From NCBI GenBank assembly GCA_902613705.1, contig CACMIG010000002.1:47207-111206 (forward strand): a stretch of 64,000 bases of DNA. Direction: 5' to 3'. Positions within the stretch are counted from its first letter, which is position 1, and each line of letters opens with the position of its first letter. The notes beneath the pieces are model-generated. The model had not been told where the DNA came from. It was given only the letters and a program-made list of their open reading frames with translations, and made no database searches. This document shows, in pieces, positions 49,726-58,934 of this stretch. The position numbers and the translations under genes are program-made. Source of the DNA: an uncultured SAR86 cluster bacterium. GTDB lineage: Bacteria > Pseudomonadota > Gammaproteobacteria > Magnimaribacterales > D2472.

Positions 49726-51108
49726 CTACAAATTAGATATTGCTTCTGAAATACACTCATCTAAGACATTTAAGCCCTCAAAAAGAGCTTCCTCATTTAT
49801 TGATAAAGGAGGGGCTAATTTAATTGATTCTCTTCCTGTATGAACTACTAAAAGACCTTTTTGCATACATAATTCAGATATAGAATCACACAAAGAAGAC
49901 AAAGGTTCATCATCGCTATTCTTAAATATTAAGGCTGCAAGCAGGCCTTTTCCTTCAACCCAATTTAAATGTTCTATATATTTATCCTTAATTTTATTTA
50001 ATTCTTTGTGGAATTTTTCACCAAGTTTGTTTGAATTTTCTATTAGTCCATCTTCAAAAAGCGCTTCCAAATTTGCTTTACCTGCTGCACAAACAACTGG
50101 ATTAGCTGAATGTGTTGAACTCATTGATCCTATATTAGGGATGTCTAACACTTCAGCGGATCCTAGTACTAAAGCTAAAGGAAAGCCTGAGCTAGCTCCC
50201 TTTCCACAACATAAAATATCAGGCTCAATACCATAATGCATATACCCAAACAATTCACCTGTTCTTCCAAAACCAGACTGCATCTCGTCAAATGCTATCA
50301 AAATATTATTTTCTTTTGAAAACTCAGAGACGGCTTGAACAAATTCTTTAGGATAAAAAACAGCTCCCCAGCCTTGGAATGTTTCAAGCATAAAACCACA
50401 TATATCTTTTTCAGGATTTAAGTCATTTTCTTTACATAAACTCTCAATACCATCGATAAAAAATTTCTTTGGGTTCCCAATTGCATCTTTATTCCAAGGA
50501 TATGGAAATGGAATATGAAAAATATTTGGATCATGATATCCAATCCAAGACTTCTGATCAGGATTCCATCCCATCATTTGAGCACCCATTGTTCTGCCAT
50601 GCCAATTCCCCTCAAAACAAATAACTCCACCTTTACTTTTTTTATTCTTAATTCCATTTTCACGCATGAGTTTTAAAGCACATTCTGTAGCTTCTGTTCC
50701 AGCAGATAGCATAAATGCTTTTTCAAACTGCTTTGGAGTCTTCTCTATCAACAATTCTAAATAATCAAGACGTTCCTTACTCATATATGTGTAAGTATGA
50801 AAAAGTGGTTTATCTATAACATCTCTAACGGCAGTTTTTATTCTAGAATTTCCATGGCCAGCATTTGAAACAAATATAGTGCTTGTAAAATCAATCCAAC
50901 AATTACCATGGGCATCATAAACTTGAAAATCATCTGCACGATTCCAAACAATTGGCATTTGTCCATGCATAGATCTTGATTCTAATTTATATGCCTTCTC
51001 AAGCATCTTTACATCATCAGGATTTGGAATCATTGTACAAATATTCCTATATTTCGTTTTAATTTTCGAAACATCCTTAGGTCTATGATTAAAATTAAAC
51101 CCTGCCAT
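49726..51108 (-). CDS. Class III PLP aminotransferase
   Basis: GTEATE, WHGRT, FDEMQSGFGRTG, PDILCCGKG. Confidence 0.9.
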   Translation of the reverse strand: MAGFNFNHRPKDVSKIKTKYRNICTMIPNPDDVKMLEKAYKLESRSMHGQMPIVWNRADDFQVYDAHGNCWIDFTSTIFVSNAGHGNSRIKTAVRDVIDKPLFHTYTYMSKERLDYLELLIEKTPKQFEKAFMLSAGTEATECALKLMRENGIKNKKSKGGVICFEGNWHGRTMGAQMMGWNPDQKSWIGYHDPNIFHIPFPYPWNKDAIGNPKKFFIDGIESLCKENDLNPEKDICGFMLETFQGWGAVFYPKEFVQAVSEFSKENNILIAFDEMQSGFGRTGELFGYMHYGIEPDILCCGKGASSGFPLALVLGSAEVLDIPNIGSMSSTHSANPVVCAAGKANLEALFEDGLIENSNKLGEKFHKELNKIKDKYIEHLNWVEGKGLLAALIFKNSDDEPLSSLCDSISELCMQKGLLVVHTGRESIKLAPPLSINEEALFEGLNVLDECISEAISNL

Positions 51109-51110
51109 AA

Positions 51111-51869
51111 TTATTCACATTCCTTTAAGTAATTTATTAATAAAGAAGTATTTTTCATCAATTGATGTTCTAGTATATCGAGTTCTTCTATAACATCTAA
51201 CTCATTACAGAAAGGAGTTTTAAATGCTAATACTCTATTTCCATGCAATAATTTTTTTTCCCTTATAAATGAACTCCTGACAATATCGACATAACCATTT
51301 GGAATAAGTACATCTGGATAGTCTTGTCTTGGGCCATTATATTTGTCTAAATCGGTATCGTCACCTATTAAATTAGTTAAAAATCCATCTTTATTTTCTC
51401 TTAACCATTTAAATGGTGACTCTGGAGAAAAATGCCCTGATCTTAATGAAGTCGCGTCTTTTCTGTCATAAATAAAAGCCATAGCTTTTTCTACTATATT
51501 CACCTCTCTTAGAGGTGTGGTTGGTCTTAAATGTATCCAAAATTCTGGGGTATCTTTTGAATTTTTATCAAACCAGTCAACGGCATGACTCATAAAATCA
51601 TAATCTGTTGAATCATCTTGAGATAGATGTTTTGGTCTTATAAAGGGGACTTCAGCTCCGTATTTTCTTGCTACTTTTACGTATTCATCTGAATCAGTAG
51701 AAACCACTACTTTTTCAATACCTTTTGTTATCTTTGCTAAAGCTATGCTATAGGATATTAAAGGGTAGCCTCCAAGATTAGCCAAGTTCTTATCCTTTAT
51801 TCCTTTTGAACCACTTCTAGCAGGAATTATTGCATAAAATTTAGGAATACTAATTTTGTTCGCTCCCAT
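51111..51869 (-). CDS. NeuA-like acylneuraminate cytidylyltransferase
   Basis: IIPARSGSKGIKDKN, VSTDS, GAEVPFIRP, LRPTTPLR. Confidence 0.9.
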   Translation of the reverse strand: MGANKISIPKFYAIIPARSGSKGIKDKNLANLGGYPLISYSIALAKITKGIEKVVVSTDSDEYVKVARKYGAEVPFIRPKHLSQDDSTDYDFMSHAVDWFDKNSKDTPEFWIHLRPTTPLREVNIVEKAMAFIYDRKDATSLRSGHFSPESPFKWLRENKDGFLTNLIGDDTDLDKYNGPRQDYPDVLIPNGYVDIVRSSFIREKKLLHGNRVLAFKTPFCNELDVIEELDILEHQLMKNTSLLINYLKECE

Positions 51870-52437
51870 AGATAGATTTCTCAACAATTCCACATATTAT
51901 ATGACCAATTAAAATATGACTTTCTTGTATTCTTGCGGTTATCGATGAGGGTACGTTAATTAAATCTATTCCATTAGGTAATTTACCTTTGCCCTTTCCT
52001 GTAAAAACAACAGAATATATTTTTTTCTTCTTAGCAGCTTTAAGAGCTTCTATAATATTAAGACTATTACCACTTGTAGTTATAGCAATTAATATATCGT
52101 TAGGATTTCCAATAGATTCTATTTCTCTAGAAAAAACATTTCTGTAACCATAATCATTTCCTATAGCAGTCATAGAGGAACTGTTAGTGCCCAAAGCAAT
52201 TGAAGCTAATCCAGGACGATCAAATAAAAATCTTGAAGTAAATTCAGCAGATATATGCTGAGCATCAGCAAAACTACCACCATTTCCACAAAAAATTATC
52301 TTGCCATCATTTTTTAGAGAAGTAATACATTTATTTGATAAATCTAAAATTTTAGTTATCAGTAAAGCATCATTAAATAATAATTTTTTTACAGCTATCG
52401 AAGCCTCAATCTCAGATTTAATTTTTTCTATTGTCAT
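51850..52437 (-). CDS. gmhA: Sedoheptulose-7-phosphate isomerase
   Basis: CGNGGSFADAQH, NDYG, TTSGNS, TARIQESHI. Confidence 0.92.
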   Translation of the reverse strand: MTIEKIKSEIEASIAVKKLLFNDALLITKILDLSNKCITSLKNDGKIIFCGNGGSFADAQHISAEFTSRFLFDRPGLASIALGTNSSSMTAIGNDYGYRNVFSREIESIGNPNDILIAITTSGNSLNIIEALKAAKKKKIYSVVFTGKGKGKLPNGIDLINVPSSITARIQESHILIGHIICGIVEKSIYGSEQN

Positions 52438-52445
52438 AAGTTAAG

Positions 52446-54332
52446 TTAAATTATATTTTCTAAATTCTCAAGCGCAATCCAAAAACCTTCTCCACCATTT
52501 TTATGACCTTGCCATATTTCAGGAATAAAGGATGCATTCGGGCAGTGCTTATTTAATATTGCTGCTAGCTTATTAAAATCAATTTCTCCCTCACCTACTT
52601 GAAGACCTTCTCCATTAACTCCTAATGCATCACCAATATGAAGATGACCTGTAATTGGTGCAATTTTTTCAGCAAATTCATAAAAATTTTGATTGAAATG
52701 ATTGCTTGTCAAAAATGAATGAGAAACATCAAAGCACATCCTTAAATCAAGCTTTTTGCACCATTCTAAACACTCATCCGCATCAACAAACATATTTTGG
52801 TACCTTTGACCTCCAAAATGCCATGGAAATGGAGCCATTGTTTGAGGAATTAACTCCACTCCGTCTAAATCCAGTTCATCAAGACTTTTTTGAAAGCGCC
52901 CATAATAATTCTTTAACTCTTCAATTGGAAGAGTTGCGTCCATTGTGAATCCACCAACATTTGCAACAATCATTGGCTTTTTTGTAGATGGAAAAAATTT
53001 TTTTATAGACCTTGTAATGTCAACAACTCTCTGAGTTTCCTTAATAGAGATTTTTCTATACTCATCATCCGGAGATGCTAAATCCATTAAATGACTTCCT
53101 GAAAAGAGTTCAGGAGCATGAACAACAAAGTCACTTTGATATTCATTATTAAAAAAATCGTCTATGTTTAAATCTAAGTCTGAATATGAGAGATGAAATT
53201 CAAATAAATCTGGACTTATCATATTGTTATATTGATTAAAATCATGATATCTAACCGGAACTCCCCATGGTCTTTTGAAATTATATTGTCGAGGCTTAAT
53301 TTTATTCTGGTTAATATCTGATAGAAAAAAATAATCGTCAACAGACATGTCTCTTTGAAGTGTTTTACCTAAAAGTTGTTCATAATTTTGTGGAGATAGG
53401 CCTTGACCAGGACTAAGGACATTGATGTGCTCAGGTGAAATAGTTGTCCCCTTTTTGATATCCATTGCGGCTACCAAACTTTTTGCAAGATTTTCTCTAT
53501 TAATCATTTCACCTTGTGATACAACTCTTTTTTTGCCATCTCCTAAAGCCTGTTCTATTTCTCTAATTCCTTTTGTCATTGATAAAAACTCTTCAGGCTC
53601 AAGGCTAGCAGCATGATCTGGTCCCTCTGCATTTCTATCAAAAGTAAAATGCCTCTCAACGACCTTTGCACCAAGCCCGACTGCTGCTAAAGAAACTGAT
53701 GTGCCTCTTTCATGCCCTGAATATCCAACATATGGATGTATTTCTTTTAGTTTATTCATCCAATTAAGATTTATGTCATAAACCGGAGCTGGGTAAGTAC
53801 TATTACAATGCAAAAGAATAAAATCAGAATTGTTTTCATTTAAAAAATCTACTGTTATTTGCACTTCATCTTTTGTGCTCATACCTGTAGATAAGATTAA
53901 TGGCTTACCAGTTTCAACCAACTTAGTTATCAGAGGTATATTTGTTAAGTCAGCCGATGCAACCTTATATGCTGGTACATCCAGACTTTCTAAGATTTTA
54001 ATACTTTTAATATCCCATGGCGTACACATATACAAAATATTCATATCTTTACAATATTTTGCAATTCTCCTGTGTTCATCTTCGGAAAGTTCAAAGCGAT
54101 CTAATAAATCTAAAATGTACTCAGTTCCTAGATCTTCTCCAGTTTTTGAGAGGCTCTTTTTTCTGTATACAGATTCCATGTTGCGCATTTGAAACTTAAC
54201 ACAATCTGCACCAGCATCTATTGCAGCATCAATCATTTTAATCGCTTGGTTAAAACTTCCGTTATGGTTATTTCCTATTTCGGCTATAACAAAAACCTTA
54301 TTTTTGCCAATATTAAAATCTGCAATCTTCAT
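52446..54332 (-). CDS. NeuB-type PEP-dependent ulosonate synthase with SAF domain and C-terminal AP-endonuclease-2/isomerase TIM barrel
   Basis: IAEIGNNHNG, VKFQ, KVASAD, LSTGM, HCNSTYP, GYSGHE, ERHFT; C-terminal domain with HAPE, FDVSH, HIGD, PEIWQGH. Confidence 0.9.
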   Translation of the reverse strand: MKIADFNIGKNKVFVIAEIGNNHNGSFNQAIKMIDAAIDAGADCVKFQMRNMESVYRKKSLSKTGEDLGTEYILDLLDRFELSEDEHRRIAKYCKDMNILYMCTPWDIKSIKILESLDVPAYKVASADLTNIPLITKLVETGKPLILSTGMSTKDEVQITVDFLNENNSDFILLHCNSTYPAPVYDINLNWMNKLKEIHPYVGYSGHERGTSVSLAAVGLGAKVVERHFTFDRNAEGPDHAASLEPEEFLSMTKGIREIEQALGDGKKRVVSQGEMINRENLAKSLVAAMDIKKGTTISPEHINVLSPGQGLSPQNYEQLLGKTLQRDMSVDDYFFLSDINQNKIKPRQYNFKRPWGVPVRYHDFNQYNNMISPDLFEFHLSYSDLDLNIDDFFNNEYQSDFVVHAPELFSGSHLMDLASPDDEYRKISIKETQRVVDITRSIKKFFPSTKKPMIVANVGGFTMDATLPIEELKNYYGRFQKSLDELDLDGVELIPQTMAPFPWHFGGQRYQNMFVDADECLEWCKKLDLRMCFDVSHSFLTSNHFNQNFYEFAEKIAPITGHLHIGDALGVNGEGLQVGEGEIDFNKLAAILNKHCPNASFIPEIWQGHKNGGEGFWIALENLENII

Positions 54333-54351
54333 AATAATATTATTCCTAAAA

Positions 54352-55740
54352 TTAAAAACCTGAACTTCCTCTAGAAGTCCAAGTTTTTAAGCCCTCTGAT
54401 TCAAAACGAAAATTTTGTATATCTAATTTTTTTGATTTTAAAAAAGCAATCAATTGATGTTTTTGAAATGGTGGGACATAAAATATAAAAAAGCCACCGC
54501 CTCCAGCACCAAGAAGTTTTCCTCCAATCGCACCATTCTTAATAGCTCCATTATATATAGAATCAATTTTTTTATTTGAAATCATGCTGCTGAAATTTCT
54601 TTTTAATTTCCAAGCTGCATCTAAACACTCACCAAATTTTTCCAATTCTCCTCTAAGCAAAGAATTTCTTGTTTCATATGTAAGATCTACATTCTTTTTC
54701 ACCATATCTTTAACTGACTTTGAGCTCATTGTTACTTTTTGATCTTTATGTATATTTCCTGAATTGTGGCCAATACCTGTATTACACAACACTAAACTCT
54801 CTTCCAATTCAAGTACAGTATTAGGATGAACTCTTATTGGATTAACAATATTTTCAGCAGAATTAAATTCTATAAAGTTAAAACCTCCGAAAACAGCAGC
54901 ATATTGATCTTGCCAACCTCCAGCAATACCTAGGTTTAATCTCTCTGCTTGAAAAGCTATTTCAGCTAACTCATACTGATTCCATTGATCTTTCCTAAGC
55001 ATATTAAAACATCCAAGTATTGCTGCTGATAAAGTTGCTGACCCACCAAGACCTGATCCCAAAGGGAAATCAGAATTCAAATATAATTCAAATCCGTATT
55101 TAGGTTGCACAACATGAAGAATTGATTGAATAAGGCCAAAATCTCCCTTTGCTGATAATGCCTCACTTAAATCATCTGCTGTTAATTCTGCATTTAAGTC
55201 TTGAGATTTTATAATAATCTTTGAATCATTTCTTACCTTCATTGCTGCATGGCTGTATAAAGATATTGCTGTATTTATTACTGCACCAGGATTAGTTTCA
55301 AAATAGTGTGTTAAGTCGGAGCCTCCGCCACCAAAACTTACCCTGACTGGAGCCCTTGAACGTATATAAACTGATTTTTCATCGTCAAGAGGTAAATATT
55401 CCCTTGAGACTATCGAAACTAACTTCTTTGAATTGTCTAAAATTGGAATATATTTTATATGGCTATCCAAAAGCTTTATAAGTTGCTCTCGTGAACTACT
55501 TGCATTAGCCCATACAAAATCAATATTTACACAATTCGAAATACTGTCATCGAGGGTTATTCCTCTTAATAATGCACGGCGAATATCTCCATCGGTAGCT
55601 AAACCAACAATTTTTCCTGAATTTTTTTTTGTAAAAATCATTCCATAATGATTGTCTTCAACTTTTAATAGCGCGTCTTTTACAGTTGCTTTTTCATCAA
55701 TTACGTATTTATCAGAATTAAAATTTGATTTTTCTTTCAT
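54352..55740 (-). CDS. CBS-pair fused to an HddA-like heptose-7-phosphate kinase (GHMP family)
   Basis: N-terminal TDGDIRRALL (CBS), APVRVSFGGGGSD, GSGLGGS, GGWQDQY, KLLGAGGGG. Confidence 0.88.
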   Translation of the reverse strand: MKEKSNFNSDKYVIDEKATVKDALLKVEDNHYGMIFTKKNSGKIVGLATDGDIRRALLRGITLDDSISNCVNIDFVWANASSSREQLIKLLDSHIKYIPILDNSKKLVSIVSREYLPLDDEKSVYIRSRAPVRVSFGGGGSDLTHYFETNPGAVINTAISLYSHAAMKVRNDSKIIIKSQDLNAELTADDLSEALSAKGDFGLIQSILHVVQPKYGFELYLNSDFPLGSGLGGSATLSAAILGCFNMLRKDQWNQYELAEIAFQAERLNLGIAGGWQDQYAAVFGGFNFIEFNSAENIVNPIRVHPNTVLELEESLVLCNTGIGHNSGNIHKDQKVTMSSKSVKDMVKKNVDLTYETRNSLLRGELEKFGECLDAAWKLKRNFSSMISNKKIDSIYNGAIKNGAIGGKLLGAGGGGFFIFYVPPFQKHQLIAFLKSKKLDIQNFRFESEGLKTWTSRGSSGF

Positions 55741-55743
55741 ATA

Positions 55744-56292
55744 TTATCCATCTAATAAAAATAGCTTAACTTCATCTAAAGACGAAACTGAATGATAAGC
55801 ATATTCTGAATCTATTTTTATTTCATCATTATTAGTATATAGAATATTGGTTCCAATTCCTGAATTTTGTCCAGCCATAATATCTGTTAATTTATCTCCA
55901 ATTAATATAGATCTTGATAAATCAATATTAAAATCATCTCTTGCTTGATAAATCATTCCAGGATTAGGTTTTCTTGAAATATGGTCTTTCTTATAAATAC
56001 CTTTTCCATGTTTAAAATGATATGGAGAAAAATATACTTTACTTAATAAAATATCTTTTTTCTTGAACTCTTGAATCATCCAGTTTGTAAGATGATTAAA
56101 ATCGTTTAAAGTGTATAAGCCTCTGCCTATACCAGCTTGATTGGTAATTACAAAGATTAGATAGCCTTTTTGTATAGCCTCTTTAGTCAAATCAAAGATG
56201 CCTTTTACAAATTCAAAATCTTCAACTTTATATACATATCCATGATCAATATTTATCACTCCATCACGATCTAAAAAAAAACCTTTATTCAT
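55744..56292 (-). CDS. gmhB: Heptose-1,7-bisphosphate phosphatase
   Basis: FLDRDGVIN, TNQAGIGRG, RKPNPGM, IGDKLTD. Confidence 0.9.
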   Translation of the reverse strand: MNKGFFLDRDGVINIDHGYVYKVEDFEFVKGIFDLTKEAIQKGYLIFVITNQAGIGRGLYTLNDFNHLTNWMIQEFKKKDILLSKVYFSPYHFKHGKGIYKKDHISRKPNPGMIYQARDDFNIDLSRSILIGDKLTDIMAGQNSGIGTNILYTNNDEIKIDSEYAYHSVSSLDEVKLFLLDG

Positions 56293-56301
56293 TATCTATA
56301 T

Positions 56302-57480
56302 TTAATTTTCTTGATAAATATCTCTTGAAAAAACTTTCTTCTTAACATCTAAGAGATCCTCTGAAATCCTATTTGCAACAATTACTTCTGATCGCTGTTT
56401 AAATTCAGATAAATTATTTACAACCTCAACACCCATGAAAGAATTTTCTTTTATAGTTGGTTCAAATACAATTACCTCACGAGCCATCTTTTTTATATTT
56501 TTAATAATATCAATTACAGCAGCAGACCTATAATTGTCGCTACCTTTTTTCATCTCAAGTTTGTAAAAACCTATTGTTTCAGGTTTTTCTTTAAAAATTT
56601 GATTCGATAAAAATGTTTTTCTAGTTTCATTAGAATGAACTATTGCTTCGATTAGATTTTGTGGTGTATCTTTAAAATTATGTAAAAGTTGCTTAGTATC
56701 TTTTGGTAAGCAGTATCCCCCATAACCCAAAGAAGGATTATTGTATGTATCTCCAATCCTCTTATCAAAAGATACTCCATCAATAATATCTTTAGTATTG
56801 AGTTGGTTATGTAATGCAAACGAATCCAATTCGTTAAAAAATGAGACTCTCATTGCGAGATACGTATTAGAAAATAACTTTACAGATTCCGCTTCTTTTG
56901 AAGGCATATGTAAAATTTTGACGTCTTTTTCTTTAGCACTGTCACTGAGAATCTTAGCAAATTTTTTAGATTTTGAGCATTGACCACCAACAATAATTCT
57001 TGATGGGTATAAGTTATCTTTAAGAGCATTTCCTTCTCTAAGAAATTCTGGAGAAAAAATAATTCTATCAGTTTTAAATCTGGACTGTAAGTAATCTGTA
57101 TGCCCTATTGGAATTGTTGATTTTATAACAATTAGTGCCTCTTTGTTGACCTTAATAGCCCTACTAACAACATTATCAACAGAGCTTGTGTCAAAGGACA
57201 TCATATTTGCGCAATAGTCAGTAGGTGTCGCAATAATTATAAACTCAGCTTCCTTATATGCATCTTCTTCATCTATTGTAGCTTTAATACATAAGTTATT
57301 ATTAAGAAAAAGTTTATCTATGAGCGCATCTTCAATTGTAGATTGATTAGAATTTATCTTGTTTACTCTATCAATATCTATATCAAGAATTGTTAGTTTA
57401 TTTTTGTCAGCAAGTAGGGCAGCAATCGACATACCTACATATCCAGAACCGACAACTGTTATTTTTGCATTTTTATCCAA
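56302..57480 (-). CDS. ugd: UDP-glucose 6-dehydrogenase
   Basis: GSGYVG, FSPEFLREG, KLFSNTYLAMRV, GYGGYCLPKD; the 390-aa type. Confidence 0.93.
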   Translation of the reverse strand: MDKNAKITVVGSGYVGMSIAALLADKNKLTILDIDIDRVNKINSNQSTIEDALIDKLFLNNNLCIKATIDEEDAYKEAEFIIIATPTDYCANMMSFDTSSVDNVVSRAIKVNKEALIVIKSTIPIGHTDYLQSRFKTDRIIFSPEFLREGNALKDNLYPSRIIVGGQCSKSKKFAKILSDSAKEKDVKILHMPSKEAESVKLFSNTYLAMRVSFFNELDSFALHNQLNTKDIIDGVSFDKRIGDTYNNPSLGYGGYCLPKDTKQLLHNFKDTPQNLIEAIVHSNETRKTFLSNQIFKEKPETIGFYKLEMKKGSDNYRSAAVIDIIKNIKKMAREVIVFEPTIKENSFMGVEVVNNLSEFKQRSEVIVANRISEDLLDVKKKVFSRDIYQEN

Positions 57481-57522
57481 AATTTCTCCTAAACAATCTG
57501 ATTAAATTTCAAAAACCAAAAA

Positions 57523-58926
57523 TCAATTAATTGATATTAGAACATCGGGGTTTAAGTTATTTTTTTTATCAATTGATTTTTTAATTTTCCTCATTAATTC
57601 ACGCTCAACCGGATCTCTTAATAAGTCAGTTAACTCAATTTTAGATCTTCCAATACCATGCTCGGCTGCAAAACTGCCTCCCATTTTTGTTACTAATTTA
57701 CCTAACTCATATGCAAATTCTTTTTCCGTATTATTAAACGATTTTTGTCCCTCAGGAGGTGAAAGATTATAGTGAATATTTCCATCACCTATATGACCAA
57801 AAGAATTAATCTTTACATTAGGCATTATCTGATTACAAATTTTATCGGCACTAATTAAAAAATCTACTAACTTACTTGGAGGAACTGAGAGATCATGTTT
57901 AAGTTGAGGTCCAAGTCTTTTTTGTCCCTCAGGTTGCTCATCTCGTAAACGCCAAAAAACTTTTTTTTGAGATTCAGAAGATGCTATTGAACCATCAGCT
58001 ATGATATTCTTTTCTATACCCTTTTCTATTTCTTTTGTAAGTATATTGTCTAGAGGAACTTCCTTCGAAATAGACCCTAATTCTACTAATAAATAATATT
58101 TTGTTCTTTTTTGTAATGGAAATATGAGATTATCAATATGATTAAGTGCGATCTCGAGCCCAATATCTGAAAAAAATTCAAGAGCTGACAAAAATTCTCC
58201 ACACTCATTTCTTAAATTATCAGCAGTACTAATAAGTTCTGAAGCATCCTCAAAAGCTAGCAAAGCAGTATAGCTTTGTTTAGGTTTAGGCACTAACTTA
58301 AGAATTGCTTTAGAAACTACTCCAAGGGTTCCTTCTGAACCACAAAAAACTTTTCTCAGCTGATAGCCTGCATTATCTTTTTGAACAGACCTCATTCCAT
58401 TCCAAATTGTTCCATCAGCAAGAACTACCTCTAAACCCAATACTAAATCTTGCATCATTCCATATCTAAAAGCGTGAGATCCACCTGCATTAGTCGCAAT
58501 TAAGCCTCCAATTTGGGCACTGCCTTCTGAACCTAGATGCATGGGAAACATTTGTTGAGTGTCATTAAGATATGAGTGTAATGTTTCAAGTATTACTCCA
58601 GACTCAACTGAGATAGTTCCACTTGTAATATCTAGATTTAAAATTGAGTTCATTCTACTCAAGGAGATAATAATACCTCCTGAGGAATTCAGAACACTAG
58701 AGCCTACTAGACCGGTATTTCCTCCTTGAGGTACAGCAAAAATATTCTCAGAATTACATAATTTAAGGACTGCTTGAAGCTCTTCACTAGATTTTGGTCT
58801 TGCGACTCCAAGAGGAATTTCGCCATATTGATCCAGCCAATCTCTTTGCCATGGCAGAGAATCTGAAGATGGAATCCAACCCTTCGGACCTAAAAGACTC
58901 TTAAATTTTTTAGACAATACGTCCAC
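57523..58926 (-). CDS. FAD-linked oxidase, D-2-hydroxyglutarate/D-lactate dehydrogenase-like
   Basis: PQGGNTGLVG, ATNAGG, KDNAGY, GSEGTLG, GHIGDGNIH, AEHGIG. Confidence 0.88.
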   Translation of the reverse strand: MDVLSKKFKSLLGPKGWIPSSDSLPWQRDWLDQYGEIPLGVARPKSSEELQAVLKLCNSENIFAVPQGGNTGLVGSSVLNSSGGIIISLSRMNSILNLDITSGTISVESGVILETLHSYLNDTQQMFPMHLGSEGSAQIGGLIATNAGGSHAFRYGMMQDLVLGLEVVLADGTIWNGMRSVQKDNAGYQLRKVFCGSEGTLGVVSKAILKLVPKPKQSYTALLAFEDASELISTADNLRNECGEFLSALEFFSDIGLEIALNHIDNLIFPLQKRTKYYLLVELGSISKEVPLDNILTKEIEKGIEKNIIADGSIASSESQKKVFWRLRDEQPEGQKRLGPQLKHDLSVPPSKLVDFLISADKICNQIMPNVKINSFGHIGDGNIHYNLSPPEGQKSFNNTEKEFAYELGKLVTKMGGSFAAEHGIGRSKIELTDLLRDPVERELMRKIKKSIDKKNNLNPDVLISIN

Positions 58927-58934
58927 TATAAATA

